The notes beneath the pieces were generated by a model. It saw only the letters and a list, made by a program, of their open reading frames with translations. It had not been told where the DNA came from and made no database searches. A DNA stretch of 63,913 bases, counting the filler, from Octopus bimaculoides (Eukaryota): the NCBI RefSeq assembly GCF_001194135.2. It is 6 parts of 5 records of this genome, joined end to end, with 100 filler letters (N's around TTAATTAATTAA, not from the genome) between each part and the next. Parts side by side here need not be neighbours in the genome. Positions count along the whole stretch, not along the records: positions 25,253 to 56,239 come from NC_068981.1; 5 more parts are not named here. One strand, 5' to 3'. Each line of letters opens with the position of its first letter. Position 1 is the first letter of the stretch. This document shows positions 38,731-52,299 of the stretch, piece after piece. The translations under genes and the position numbers were made by a program.

Positions 38731-38927
38731 TAAGAACGAGTCTGCTTCCTGGCAGAACTCTACGATTTTGGTTGAAGATTACACTGTTAAGATAATTATG
38801 GTATAGTTCATTTCCTTCCCTATAACTCCTAGATCTCCTAACACAATGGGTACAACATTTGGATCAATGCCTCACATTCTTGCCCCTTCTATTCGCAAAT
38901 TCTTCCATTTCGAATGTCTTCATATGT
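38731..38927 (-). mobile_element. R4/Dong-clade endonuclease C-terminal relic
   Basis: Minus strand TYED.../ARM*GIDPNVVPIVLGDLGVIGKEM...CQEA, same motif set as 7322. Confidence 0.55.
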
Positions 38928-38998
38928 TCCTGTCAACAGGATACGAATTATCCATCATATTGTATGTTTTATTCTGTTGTTCATATATATCTGTAGGG

Positions 38999-39298
38999 TG
39001 GAGGTGCAATGGCCCAAAGGTTAGGGCAGCGGAATCGCGGTCGGAGGATCGCGGTTTTGATTCCCAGACCGGGCGTTATGTGTGTTTATTGAACGAAAAC
39101 GCCTAAAGCTCTACGAGGCTCCGGCAGTCTCTCACTCTTTCGCCCCAACAGTCTCTCACTCTTTCTTCCTGTTTCTTGAGTAACGCTGCGATGGACTGCC
39201 GTCCCGTCCAGCTGGGGGCAACACATACGCCATAGAAACCGGGAAACCGGGCCCATGAGCCTGGCTAGACTTGAAAAAGGCGCATAAACATATAAATA
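38999..39298 (+). mobile_element. tRNA-headed SINE, family C (V-like tail), with 14 bp TSD
   Basis: TSD atatatctgtaggg at 38985-38998 and 39299-39312; head gcaatggcccaaaggttagggcagcgg...gattcccagacc; tgcgatggactgccgtcccgtccag. Confidence 0.85.
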
Positions 39299-39529
39299 AT
39301 ATATCTGTAGGGGCTGGTTAAGTTACGATTACAATGTTAGCTATTGCACAAACAAGAAACGGGAAAATAAAGATTTTTGTTAAATATATCATTGAACAAC
39401 ATAAATGTAAAAAGCCTTTCGTAACATATACATACGGCAAGCACTTTTAGAGAGGACTACAGATGTGAGAAACGTACCCCAGTACTGAAAGTTGAAAATA
39501 AAATTAAAAGCAGGCGTGGCGAGATTTGA

Positions 39530-39715
39530 AATCCTTTCTACTACAGGCACAAGGCCTGAAATTTTGGAGGAGGGGGTCGGTCGATTAGATCGACTCCAGT
39601 ACGCAACTGGTACTTAATGTATCGACCCCGAAGGATTGAAGGTAAAGTCGGAATTTGAACTCAGAACGTAGCAACGGGCGATATACCACTACGCAATTCG
39701 TCCAGCGTGCAAACG
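39530..39715 (-). mobile_element. SINE family B (short tail)
   Basis: ggcacaaggcctgaaatttt...tcgaccccagt-like...tatcgaccccgaagg...gaatttgaactcagaacgtag. Confidence 0.85.
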
Positions 39716-40087
39716 GTGAAATTTATAATGGCGACTTAAAGGAATGCCCAGGTATTTTGTCCAACAATCTAACAGTTCCGTTACACATCCATCTAAGCAT
39801 ATATGCATTGATATACCGTTTATTACAAAATTGTTATGTGCTCATTGTTCTACAAGCGGTGAAGAATTATCTTGAAGGTCATTCAGTTTGTGTTCGCTAT
39901 ATTTATTTTCCACGTATTATTATTTAGATTCAATTTATATAGAAACAAACAGAAAAACAAAGATGTTCTAACTTCTAACAAAATATTTGTCTTCTAAATT
40001 CGTTTCCAACAACTTATATTTAGTCAAATTCTAGGATTACGTCATACACATTGTCATCAAACATTATACTGATATATACACACAAAC

Positions 40088-40124
<37 letters not shown>

Positions 40125-40140
40125 TATATACTTACTTCGT

Positions 40141-40280
40141 AGCTACATGTTTCTGAGTGCAGTCCCACGGCGTGGCACCTTGAGCAGTCTCTTCGAACAT
40201 AGCGTCGACCGACCAAAGCCTTCTGAGTGGATTTCGTAGATGGAAACTGTAACAAGCCAGTCATATATGTATATATATAA

Positions 40281-40368
<88 letters not shown>

Positions 40369-40500
40369 TGTGTCTGTATTTCACCCCACCTTTCCTTATG
40401 CTGGTGTGTTTACATTCCCGTAACTTAGCGGTTCAGCTTAAAGGAGAAAAAGTATTGGAATCGATTCATTCGACAGAAAATTCTTCAAGACTGAGACAAG
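40141..40500 (+). mobile_element. SINE family A with expanded (TG)n slot
   Basis: gtcccacggcgtggcaccttgagcag...gaccaaagcc...(TG)n...gtaacttagcggttc. Confidence 0.8.
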
Positions 40501-40859
40501 CAAAAGAGAAAAGAAAGGTATATACGTCTGTATGTATATATCTTGGCGTATATGCAAACATAGAGAGACTGGCAGACAGTCAGACACATATACACATACA
40601 CACGCACACACATACACACACACACTCACATAAAGAGACATACACATATGGAAAGGATGAGGAAAAGAATGACCGTTCTGCTATTACATTTTGTTTCTGT
40701 TGGTTCGTGTCTGAGTTATGTAAATAATTAATGCAAAATTCATTTTGCATCAAATATTTTAATCCCACATTAATATTCCAAAATAAAATATTCTTCAGGA
40801 GAGAAAATATCAACTAATAATGTTGCTCATCAGCGTTAGTAAAAGACATTTGATGGAAC

Positions 40860-41345
40860 TGGAAGAATCGCTGCTCACCAACAGTCTTGTTTCACAACTG
40901 CCATGAAGGTGATTTCTTACTGGGCATCATAGTTCCAATAGCAGAGCTACCGAAAATACATGAGAAGTCTGAAGAAAGGGAACTAAGAGTGTTTAATATT
41001 TATTGAAGGAGGTTACCAAACTGAACGTCTGCAAAGAAGTTAAAGTTTAGTTGAGCCTCTAAAGGAAAACATTACTATACTTTTACATTAGAAAAAGATC
41101 ACACCACTATGATTATGGATAGGCTAGAATATGCTTACAATATGAGCATTCTTTTAAAAGAGGGTACCATAAGTCTTTCAAAAAAGATCTCCACTCTATG
41201 CAAAGAAGTTATCACATCTACTTAAGTGGAACAAAGATGCCCTTATTTCGTATCTATTCAGACGGTTTATGAAACATCATGTACAGGCTCCCACTAATAT
41301 GAAAATTGTATATTCCCCCTATGATTTATTGTCATCTACAGAGAT
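40860..41345 (+). mobile_element. Penelope-like element RT N-terminal relic
   Basis: Across frameshifts reads KENITI/LEKDHTTMIMDRLEYAYNMSILLKEGT...PL*FIV/SST, similar to PLE ITILPADKGNxTVIMDRxEYxxKMxxLL...PLRPIVS. Confidence 0.6.
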
Positions 41346-41426
41346 CCAGTCTGCTTTTTGAGATGAGGAATTATGTACATTATTTACAATAGACGGATAG
41401 GTGTCTTCACCTTTTTTTTTTTTTTT

Positions 41427-41470
41427 GTACAACTTTTCGGCTGATGTACTCTCCAGCCTTCATCAGGTGT
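41427..41470 (-). ncRNA. Degenerate PLE-type hammerhead motif
   Basis: Minus strand acac-CTGATGA-A-GGCTG gagagtacat CAGCC-GAAAAGTT-gtac. Palindrome mutated; weak stem I. Confidence 0.45.
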
Positions 41471-42581
41471 TCTGGTGGAATTTGGAAATACCACCTGATG
41501 AAGGCTCGCTATCCGTCCATTGTAAATAAAATACAAGTTAATTATTGAAGGTGAAGTTATATACGGAGTAACCATTTTCTTGAAAATCACTGGCCTTATG
41601 TTTAAATTAGAAACTATTATTTCATAAGTGACTGCTGGAACACATAAATTGTCGGAAAAATGCCTAGACCTTATATTGTGAGTTCAAATCCTGCTGAGGT
41701 CAACTTTACCATTTATCCCTTCAGGATCGTAAAAGAAAAGTACCATTCGAATGGTACCAACTAACTCCGCCTCTTTGGAGGCCTTTTGTCAATGGAAAAC
41801 AAAATACGCAGCATAAAACGCAATACCATCAAGGAATGATTTCGATACAAAGGAAATTTACTTTTTACATTAACGCTGAATGACTTTTACATTTATGTGG
41901 TTACCCAACGTGCTAGTTGTAGAGGGCAATCTGCCACAAATCACGCTCTGGCGTTTCAAAAATGGAACGAAACACTTAGAGTTTTATTTTATTATTTTCG
42001 TTCTTTTTTTTTTTTCTTTTGTTACTCCTAAGGTTCTGAACATTTGTCTGTTTGATAGGACTTACCTAGGGCTAAACAACAAAAACAAAGCTGTTGAATA
42101 TATTTTAATTAGTAGAATATCAGAAAATGAAAATGTAGAAATGAGATATCACAGTATTGAAAGTAAAATAAATGAAATCGTATAAAAGTTTGACTGCGGG
42201 TGTAAAGAAAACTAATATATGAAATTGAAAATATGATGGTAAATATCGCATACGTTAGATAATTAGGAAATACTTTCTTTTGTATATATCAGTTGTCTTA
42301 TTTCATTAAGAATATTTTGAATAGTATGAACACTAGCAAATTCCCTTGCAATGCTGCGCTGGAGAAACATTTATAGATTTCGTGTTCTTCTTGCAAGAAG
42401 TTATATGAATACGACTAAGGATAACTAATCAATGAACTTCTTAATCCTCTGAAATATATAATATAAAGCTCTGTTTAACTTCAATCCTTTGGTATTTCGA
42501 AACCATGCATGCATAAATCATAAAATAATATAATCAAGAAAATGACTCCCACACTCGACATCATCAACAGAACTTTAAAGG

Positions 42582-42945
42582 AAGGCGGGAATCTGGCAGA
42601 AACGTTAGCATGCCGGGCGAAATGCTATTAGTTCTGAGTTCAAATTCTGCCGCGGTCGACTTTGCCTTTCATCCTTTCGGGGTCGATTAAATAAGTACCA
42701 GTTACGCACTGGGGTCGATATAATCGATTTAACTCGTTTGTCTGTCCTCGTTTGTCCCCTCTGAGTGTAGCCTCTTGTGGGCAGTAAAGAAATAAGAAAC
42801 GTTAGCACGCTGGTCGAACTGCTTAGCGGCATTTCATCTGTCTTTAAGTTCTGAGTTCAAATTTCGCCGAGGTCGACCTTGCCTTTCATCCTTTCGGCCC
42901 TCTCCCCGTAAATTTCAGGCCTTGTGCCTAAAGTAGAAAAGAGTA
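42582..42945 (+). mobile_element. SINE family B dimer (long-tail monomer fused to short-tail monomer)
   Basis: Junction ...gtgggcagtaaagaaataagaaacgttagcacg... at about 42780-42812. Confidence 0.85.
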
Positions 42946-44408
42946 TATAGCATATAAAGGGCTTGCTCCAAATCTACATTTGGAAGAGAAAAACAAAGTT
43001 CACCGTTAGAGACTATGGGGATGATATCGACCTCTGGCTAGTGGTCACATTCGTTGCAAAATATAGACTAGTAGATAGTGCTGATGTAACAAATAGCGAT
43101 TTGTGTTTGGGTGGGATCACCGTGTAATTACCCCTCAAGACCAAAAAACGATATCAGAAACATGTTCAGCAGAGGGTTCCAAGAAGACCTCAAAGCTCAG
43201 CATCCAAAGAAGATGAAGAAGCATTTACTCAGATGGCAGTTAGACAAATCTAAAACATTTCTGCACCAAAAATCCTAAGAAACAAAACAAACAACAATGC
43301 AAATCATGGAAATATCAGCCCTAACTCTACACCAAGCACAACACTTGGCAAATGAAATATTCTACTCTCATTACCAAGAACGACCTATGAAATTCACTCC
43401 TTTTCCAGCTACACGCAGCACAGAAAAGTATAGTCACACACACACACATCAATAACAGCTAGTTCTAAATATGCAGGAAGTACCTTCTCATAACACTCTC
43501 CCATTCACATTCGAGGATGGAAACCAGACAGTGGCCGATTGTAATGACAGATAGTCTTTAAAGCTTAAAACGGCCTCAACGGATTTTTTTTAATCCTATA
43601 AAAATGTGAGATCTAATTTACATCCTTCGCAAAAGAAATTTCTTTACACCGAAAAAGAAATTTATAAAAGAGAACCAGATACCAACCCGAAAAGAAATTA
43701 AATTCACATTTCAGTAGAATAACAAAGCCCTAATAAGAGTCTTATTCACAAGGAATATCCAAACGATGTACGAATCGATAAAGAAACAGGATCACATTTT
43801 AAACAACGTTTGATGATTTATCTTGCAAAACTACAATTTATCTTTCGTTTTTCGGCTATCATTAAAGTAAATACCGATCATTGTAGTTCGATTTAATCGA
43901 CTGTTCCCTATCTTAAAATATGCTGATTTCATTATGATGCAGAAATCGTTATTAGTTATGGTAATCGCCGTTACAATAGTAACTGAGAGATGGGAAAGAG
44001 TACGAGATGGCAGTGGGGATGGTGATGGATATATAAGATAGACAGAAGAGATGAGCCTACGGCTAGCAAAGTCCGCGATCCAGCCGGGTCTGTGACTTAC
44101 TTTCTTATTGTTCCATGTGATTCTGTGGTCTTTGTAATGTTGGATGCACGCAGGATAAATGAACGGATGATAAAGCAGCATGTGTTCAGGGATTATATTA
44201 GACAAAATGTGGCAATTTTAGTACAAATTACAAACATTTAAAACTCAAATGTATGTACGATAAGCCGAATATACATACGTTTATTTAATGTGTATGTATC
44301 GAAAATTCCTATATGATGGTGTGCAAAACCCAAAGCGTCCTCATATAAGCACACTTACGTATATTCACAGAATCGATGGAGAAACATTCACACACACACA
44401 TACACACA

Positions 44409-44460
<52 letters not shown>

Positions 44461-45091
44461 NNNNNNNNNNNNNNNNNNNNNNNNNNNNNNNNNNNNNNNN
44501 NNNNNNNNNNNNNNNNNNNNNNNNNNNNNNNNNNNNNNNNNNNNNNNNNNNNNNNNNNNNNNNNNNNNNNNNNNNNNNNNNNNNNNNNNNNNNNNNNNNN
44601 NNNNNNNNNNNNNNNNNNNNNNNNNNNNNNNNNNNNNNNNNNNNNNNNNNNNNNNNNNNNNNNNNNNNNNNNNNNNNNNNNNNNNNNNNNNNNNNNNNNN
44701 NNNNNNNNNNNNNNNNNNNNNNNNNNNNNNNNNNNNNNNNNNNNNNNNNNNNNNNNNNNNNNNNNNNNNNNNNNNNNNNNNNNNNNNNNNNNNNNNNNNN
44801 NNNNNNNNNNNNNNNNNNNNNNNNNNNNNNNNNNNNNNNNNNNNNNNNNNNNNNNNNNNNNNNNNNNNNNNNNNNNNNNNNNNNNNNNNNNNNNNNNNNN
44901 NNNNNNNNNNNNNNNNNNNNNTATATATATAAACATTTATATTTATAATATATATTCATTATTTATATATTGTATAAAATTATAAATATATAGATATATA
45001 ATACACATATATAGATAAACAATTATATGTATATATATATACAAATACATAAATATCTACGTATATATGTGTGTATATATGCATACATATA

Positions 45092-45127
<36 letters not shown>

Positions 45128-46159
45128 TGTATATGTATATAGAAAGATCTGTGTAAAAGGAAAATGTACTAATAAAATTACATGAGAAAATAAAGGAGGC
45201 AAAAACAAAAAGAAACAAGAAAAGAAAACACTACAAATGACAGACAGAAAGAAAGATTTCGGCTTGAGATAAGGTAAGATCTTCGTCGTTTTTCGTTCCA
45301 GATATTTATTCAGAAAATTCTCCCCACATCGATTCTTTTTCCAGTGCATCACAACTCGCCAAAGAATCGTCCATTTTTCTTATCTTTCCAATCAGTTACT
45401 TTCTATATCTGATAACCGAACTATATTTTTTTCTTCTTCTCGTCTGCTTCTTCTGATTTTCTTCTTAATGTTCTTTCATAAAATATTTCCATTATTATCC
45501 ACTATAGTTTCCTCCAGCTATATTTCTGTTTGGTTTATTTTCGAATTTTGCGGGATGTGTATTGTTTTTTTTTTTGGCAATTTTTTCCGTGGTGGGATGT
45601 TGTTAATATGTTTCTTTTATTCTTCTATGTATTTCCGTCTTTTCTCTTTTTTCTTTCTTGTTCTTCGACATTCGTCTGTGTGTGTATACGTGAATACGTG
45701 TTAGCGTCTTAATGTATTTCTGTCAATAAGTATACACGTACGCATTCTTGTATGTGCCATTGTATCACTATGTGGGGATATTTTTTAGGTTTGTTTTCTT
45801 CCTTAGAACGCATACTATTTCTTTTTGCCTTAGTTCTTATTTGCCCTTTCTCACATCACATATAGAAGCTCTCACTCACTTCGTCAATTTCTCTTTGCTT
45901 CACCCATTTGTTTCTTCCTCTCTTTCTCATTATTTCTCTCCTCTTCTCTGCCATTTCTTTCAATTTCTGATTGTCTCTTCGTTATTTCTGCATAAAAGCA
46001 AATTATTTTTACATCCACAGACAGTCACACGCATGCTTTAACGCTGTATGTATATTTGCTTGTCAGTGCGTCCGGCCGTGGAATCAAGAAATTCAGAGTA
46101 TCAGTGAAGGGTAACTGCAGTATCGAATAAATGAATATATATGTATATGTGTGTGTGTG

Positions 46160-46191
<32 letters not shown>

Positions 46192-46235
46192 CATATACAT
46201 ACATATATATATTTAAATATACATATACATACATG

Positions 46236-46318
<83 letters not shown>

Positions 46319-46705
46319 GTATGTGTATATGAAATTACACAGAAAGGCTAGTTCCAATGCAGTAGATTTGCAACTGGGAAAGAGACTCTACTCCCTGCAA
46401 TATACATCTCGAAGATCCTTGAAGGACGTATTCACAACTTCAGCGTTGAACGCTTTACCTACAGCAGAAGAGAGTCACATTACATAGTGACTTCCTTATA
46501 ATCAAAATACAGGATTAAGTGTTGCAATCATTTTGTCTTAACAAAGAAAGCGTTGGGATGTGGTCATTTAGCATGCGGTTTGGTCGTCAAATCCAACTAG
46601 TCGAAATTCGGCGGCATTTTATGACTTTTGCCAGCAATGAAAATGAATTCCTTAGCAAGCAGAAAGTGCCTGTGAAAAAATTCGTTTTCTGCTTGCTAAT
46701 ATCAA

Positions 46706-47389
46706 GAGTGGATCTTAAGAACCTTCCGATCCAGAGAACAAGGTGTCATCATTCCACTTTTTTCCTCCTTTGTACTGCCACACCTCGAATATTGTTGCCC
46801 CTTGTGGTCTCCCCATACAAAACAAAACATCTCGAGGATTGAATTACCCCAGAGGACACTCACTAAATGAATTGAAGGCATGACTGATCTCCATTACTGG
46901 GACCGCTTTAAAGCCTTGAAGCTCTACTCTCACCAGCGCCGCCGAATGCGGTACGTCATCTGTACGATGTGGAGAATATACCACCAGCATTGCCCAAACG
47001 ACCTGAACATTAGTTTCAAGGATCATCCAAGGCTGGGACCACGGGCCGTAGTCCCCTGCCCAATTCAGGATCACAATATATAGGTACCCTGTGGCATAAT
47101 TTCTTATCCTCAACTGGCCTTGCCCTGTTTAACATTGTCCCAAAATAGATTTTAAAAAAAGTAAAAGGATCCTATCAGCTTTAAACGGAGTCTGGACATA
47201 TTTCTTTAAGAAATACCAGATAAGCCACCCATACCTAGATACAACTCATTCAACAAGAACTCACTACTTGAACGGACAATAACCAAAGTTGACTTTAAAA
47301 GGATTTAGACAATTCTATCAGGTGGTGCTATTAAGTTAGACATGGCCTAGACCAATCTTTGGTCGAAACATATCTAAGTTTATCTAAGT
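46706..47389 (+). mobile_element. 5'-truncated CR1-clade LINE (ORF2 C-terminus plus 3' UTR)
   Basis: WILRTFRSREQGVIIPLFSSFVLPHLEY/.../IEGMTDLHYWDRFKALKLYSHQRRRMRYVICTMWRI...FKRSLD. 3' stem-loop gaccaatctttggtc and tandem tatctaagt(t) tail. Confidence 0.9.
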
Positions 47390-47489
47390 GGTACAATTTG
47401 CCACCAATACGACACCTGGTGCGGGTGCAGTGCTGAACGTGATGATGTTAAATGTATCTGTCAGAATTATAAACTCATCATACTAAATA

Positions 47490-47700
47490 GGATGCTAACT
47501 TCTTTGATACTTTTTGTTAGCTCTGGTGTAATATAGTGTAAGACAATACCAGAGAATGAGATGAACTTCGAGGTATGGTAAGGCTAGCAGAAATGGTGGA
47601 TGTCGAGTGATCTGTTGCAGCTTCGTTGGTATCTCGAAGGTGCGCGCTCAGCTTCTCGGCTAGGCTTCGCTTTAAGTTCCACCTGCATGCTGCTGGATAC
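47490..47700 (-). mobile_element. Penelope-like GIY-YIG endonuclease relic
   Basis: Minus strand KRSLAEKLSAHLRD.../IHHFC*PYHTSKFISFSGIVLH, similar to GETxRSLxxRxxEHLRD...HFxxxxHxxxxISxxGL. Confidence 0.55.
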
Positions 47701-48465
47701 GAGTTGTTGCTAGTGTAGATGAATGGATGGCAAAATAAAATACTACTAGATCAGAATTAAATAATAAATAGATATCTTAAATGAATAAATGAACACATGG
47801 GTGAATAAGAGTGTGAATGAATAAATGAATAATATTAACTAGCAGGGCCCGTGAATATTTCAGGGAATTAAAGCTATCCCCAAAACCTGAAAGCGTAGCC
47901 TGCGTTGTGTTTGTATCATATGCTGTCCCTTTCCTTCAATTAACCACGTGGAAGCATTACAGACGGGCTAAGTAACGGAGTGACAAGCAGATTTATTATA
48001 AGATTGTAGCTGAAAGAATTATATGCGGGAACGTGTACAAAAACACACTAATGAATGAATAAGCAAAGATGCAGTTTTTGATGTTCGGAAGCAGGGTTTA
48101 GTAGGTTACATCTACAGTGGCGCATGACTGGTACTTGATTTTATCGAAGGATTAGAACTCAGAACATAAAGAGATGGAATAAATGTTGTAACGCATGTTC
48201 ACTGAAACTGTAATGTTTCTGCCTTAGGAAATGTATTAAAGAGTGAAAGGCACATGATGTGGTAGTTAAGCTGTTAGACTTACTGTCGTATGTTCAGTTC
48301 TTATATTGGACGGTGCGATTTGTGATCAAGAAAAGCACTTTCTTTCATACTGATCCAGTCCGCCGCCGCCATCATTGTTGCTGTCTTCGTCGTCGTCGTC
48401 ATCAACTGGTGTTACCATCTTCATCACCGCCCTCATTGAGCAGAGCATGCACGTTGATAGACATA

Positions 48466-49173
48466 AAAGGCGGCGAGCTGGCATAAACATTAGCACGCCG
48501 GGCGAAATGCTTAGCGGTATTTCGCCTCCGCTACGTTCTGAGTTCAAATTCCGCCAAGGTCGACTTTGCCTTTCATCCTTTTGGGGTCGATAAATTAAGC
48601 ACCAGTTACGCACTGGGGTGGATGTAATCGACTTAATCCCTTTGTCTNNNNNNNNNNGGGGTCGATAAATTAAGCACCAGTTACGCACTGGGGTGGATGT
48701 AATCGACTTAATCCCTTTGTCTGTCCTTGTTTGTCCCCTCTGTGTGTAGCCCCTTGTGGGCAGTAACGAAATAGGTATTTGCCTGCCGCTACGTTCTGTG
48801 TTCAAATTCCACCGAGGTCGTCTTTGCCTTTCATCCTTTTGGGGTCGGTAAATTAAGTACCAGTTACGCACTGGGGTCGATATAATCGACTTAATCCCTT
48901 TGTCTGTCCTTGTTTGTCCCCTCTGTGTGTAGCCCCTTGTGGGTAATAAAGAAACNNNNNNNNNNNNNNNNNNNNNNNNNNNNNNNNNNNNNNNNNNNNN
49001 NNNNNNNNNNNNNNNNTGTTCAAATTCCACCGAGGTCGTCTTTGCCTTTCATCCTTTTGGGGTCGGTAAATTAAGTACCAGTTACGCACTGGGGTCGATA
49101 TAATCGACTTAATCCCTTTGTCTGTCCTTGTTTGTCCCCTCTGTGTGTAGCCCCTTGTGGGTAATAAAGAAAC
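48466..49173 (+). mobile_element. SINE family B tandem multimer (partly assembly-duplicated)
   Basis: Contiguous tail-to-head junction gcagtaacgaaata-ggtatttgcctgccgctacg at about 48760-48795; identical repeats across the N gaps. Confidence 0.85.
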
Positions 49174-52100
49174 AAGATATAAAAGTACGTAAAGCACGTT
49201 AAGACACACACACCAGAAGCATACAAATATATACGGTATGTCACAAGCACATACACACACACACAAACACACACAGAGGCGTAATAGCAACAGTAAAAGC
49301 GATAGCAGCGCCACCAACAACGGAAATGACTACCAGTATCACTGTGACGACGACGACGACGACTACGAAATGAGTAAAAATACCAACGATGAAAACATTT
49401 AACAACCAAAACAAGAACAACAACAGTAAAAGCAATCGCAATATGCAAGCAACTACCAAGCCACAAAGAAAGACAGCCTCGAGAACAATGGCAGCGGCAA
49501 GAGCAGCAGCAACCACAACCACAACAACAACAACAGCAACAACAACAACAACAACAAAAACAGCAACAACAATATGTGACCAGCTAAGCGGTCCACAACG
49601 AAAGACAGCATCATCGACAGCAGCATCGACAGCAGCATCGACAGCAGAACCTGCAACAAACCCCAACAACAACAACAACAACAGCAACAACAACAACAAC
49701 AACAACAACAACAAAAACAACCATGACAACGGCTACAAATACAACAACTTCAAACACAGCGTATCAAAGACAAATGGCAAACGGAAGAATCATCAGAATT
49801 GTCTTCATCTGCTTTAATCCCTGTCAAAGCTGTTCACGATCAACGACATTGCCAGAAACAGGATAATCACCATCTAAATCCCATCTTATCGTTCCTTTAT
49901 TATCATCTATTCTCTTCTCTGCTATTTCTTCCCGCCGCCATTTTCTTCTTCTCTCCTTTCTTTTTCTTCTTTCCTTTTTCTCCATTCCTTCCCTTTATAT
50001 GTCCTTTTATTTTCTTCGTTTATATATATATATATATATTTTTATTTTTGCCGGTCTTTTATCGTTTTTGAATTTTTTCCCGTTGTATATATATATTTAT
50101 ATATATATATATATATTTTTATTTTTGCCGGTCTTTTATCGTTTTTGAATNNNNNNNNNNNNNNNNNNNNNNNNNNNNNNNNNNNNNNNNNNNNNNNNNN
50201 NNNNNNNNNNNNNNNNNNNNNNNNNNNNNNNNNNNNNNNNNNNNNNNNNNNNNNNNNNNNNNNNNNNNNNNNNNNNNNNNNNNNNNNNNNNNNNNNNNNN
50301 NNNNNNNNNNNNNNNNNNNNNNNNNNNNNNNNNNNNNNNNNNNNNNNNNNNNNNNNNNNNNNNNNNNNNNNNNNNNNNNNNNNNNNNNNNNNNNNNNNNN
50401 NNNNNNNNNNNNNNNNNNNNNNNNNNNNNNNNNNNNNNNNNNNNNNNNNNNNNNNNNNNNNNNNNNNNNNNNNNNNNNNNNNNNNNNNNNNNNNNNNNNN
50501 NNNNNNNNNNNNNNNNNNNNNNNNNNNNNNNNNNNNNNNNNNNNNNNNNNNNNNNNNNNNNNNNNNNNNNNNNNNNNNNNNNNNNNNNNNNNNNNNNNNN
50601 ATTGCGTTCATCTTGGCTGTTGTTTTTTTTACGTGCTGGCCATACCAAAATCCTTGTTTTGCAAATGAAAATGGTATTGGTTGGTGCCAAGAATTTATCC
50701 TTCCAGTTTTGTTCCTTCCTTTTTTTATTTCTTCTTATAGCAAAGGTTTGGATGGAAATAAGCCAACAAAGCTGGTGTTAAATGCATACATACACACATA
50801 CACACACACACAAGCACACATATACACACAAACATATGTACACATGACGTACATGCGCGAACCCATCACTCCCGCACACATGGCCTCATATAGAAACTTT
50901 CATACAGTTATATACGCATCACGTCTTTTCTGTATCAATGTACGCACGCATTTATGTTTGCATGTACGTATGTGTTTATATACGTATGACGTTTTATGTG
51001 TGCATCAGTATGTGTATGTACACGTGTGTATGTGTATGTTTGTAATGTCTTTATGTGTTTTAATACGGATTCTATTCCTGATAGCAGTTTTCAAATATAT
51101 TTTGAGTGAACGCCTGCTCGGTGGCAAGGTTTTAGACATAAAGAATCCAAAACAAAAGAAAAGGTAAATATCTTGTTCTTTTTATCATCCGTTGACCAAC
51201 CATTCACTCCTTAAATGTAAAAACGTTCTACCATTATTTATTTTCTCAGATAAGACTACCATCTGTATCGTATGAATTATTAAGCTACAGTTTTCTTCAT
51301 AGGATCTATCTTTAGAAATACTGTCATCTATGTGGGTTGCTATGTAGTATCATTTATCTCTAATATTGATGGGTATAAATTTGAAAACGCATTTTGAGCA
51401 ATAGGTTTGAAAACTCCTACTTCCAGTTAACCGCCAAGTTTTAATTTTGTGTCCCTTAACAGCAATATCATGTCAAATATGTTTCAGTTTGGATGCTCCG
51501 TCTCTTTTTATATTTCTCCAATATCCTCTAGGACGGTTTGTTATTTTGTGTTTGAATTTGATGAATATTGTGTCTATTTATTTCTTATTTACTAATTGTT
51601 CTTCAAAAAAGTGGTTGATCATTCCATAATGGTTTCTTCAAAATCATTATGGACCGATCAACCGTTTTTGTTATCCGTCCAACGGTGCAAAATTTAAAGA
51701 GAAAGAGAATTTTCAGAGCTGTAACATAACGTTCAAAATTTTGTCACGGTTATGTCTAGAAATATTCAATAGAAATTATAGCCAGCAGTGATTTTGGCAA
51801 AAACGTTTTGTATCGAGACGTCAGATGTAAACAAACAATGAGATCGAAAACAAAAATGGGTAATGAGTGTATATGCCATATCTCGGGCGTTTTTACCCCG
51901 TCATCAGCACCCATCAAACCCATTCTCGCCTCCGCAGCCATTGCTTATACAGCAATGTGTTATGCAACCATAATATACTATAAAGTATATTAAATGTTTT
52001 TATAAGTCTATACCACGTTCTACTAATCATCTCAAAGCTTTCTGAACTTAGCAACAACTGCTACAACTCCTAGCACCACGACTTCAACGCAACCAACAAC

Positions 52101-52299
52101 AGCAATCAAAATATAAACAACGATAAGCACAGTTTCCGGCTGCTACAACAATGGCTGCAACATCAGCTACGAGATTGCAAGCAGAACCTACAGCAACAAA
52201 AACAACAAAAGAAGTTTCAAAAGCCACCACATCATAAGCGACAACACCTAAAATCTCCAAAGAAGACGACCAGCATAACAAAAAGACTATGGCCCTCAA

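Noticed and set aside
38999-39075. tRNA-like sequences here and at 57690-57766, 58996-59065 and 36352-36410
   Set aside because: A and B boxes are present but there is no proper acceptor stem or cloverleaf, and they continue into SINE bodies.
43100-43800. A/C-rich stretch resembling decayed LINE ORF1
   Set aside because: No diagnostic motif could be read; needs an HMM search.
51865-51912. Hammerhead-like CTGATGA-cggg..cccg-AGA on the minus strand; also GAAACAGCTGTA at about 18680-18692
   Set aside because: GAAA box or CUGANGA box missing and no stem I; at most very decayed relics.
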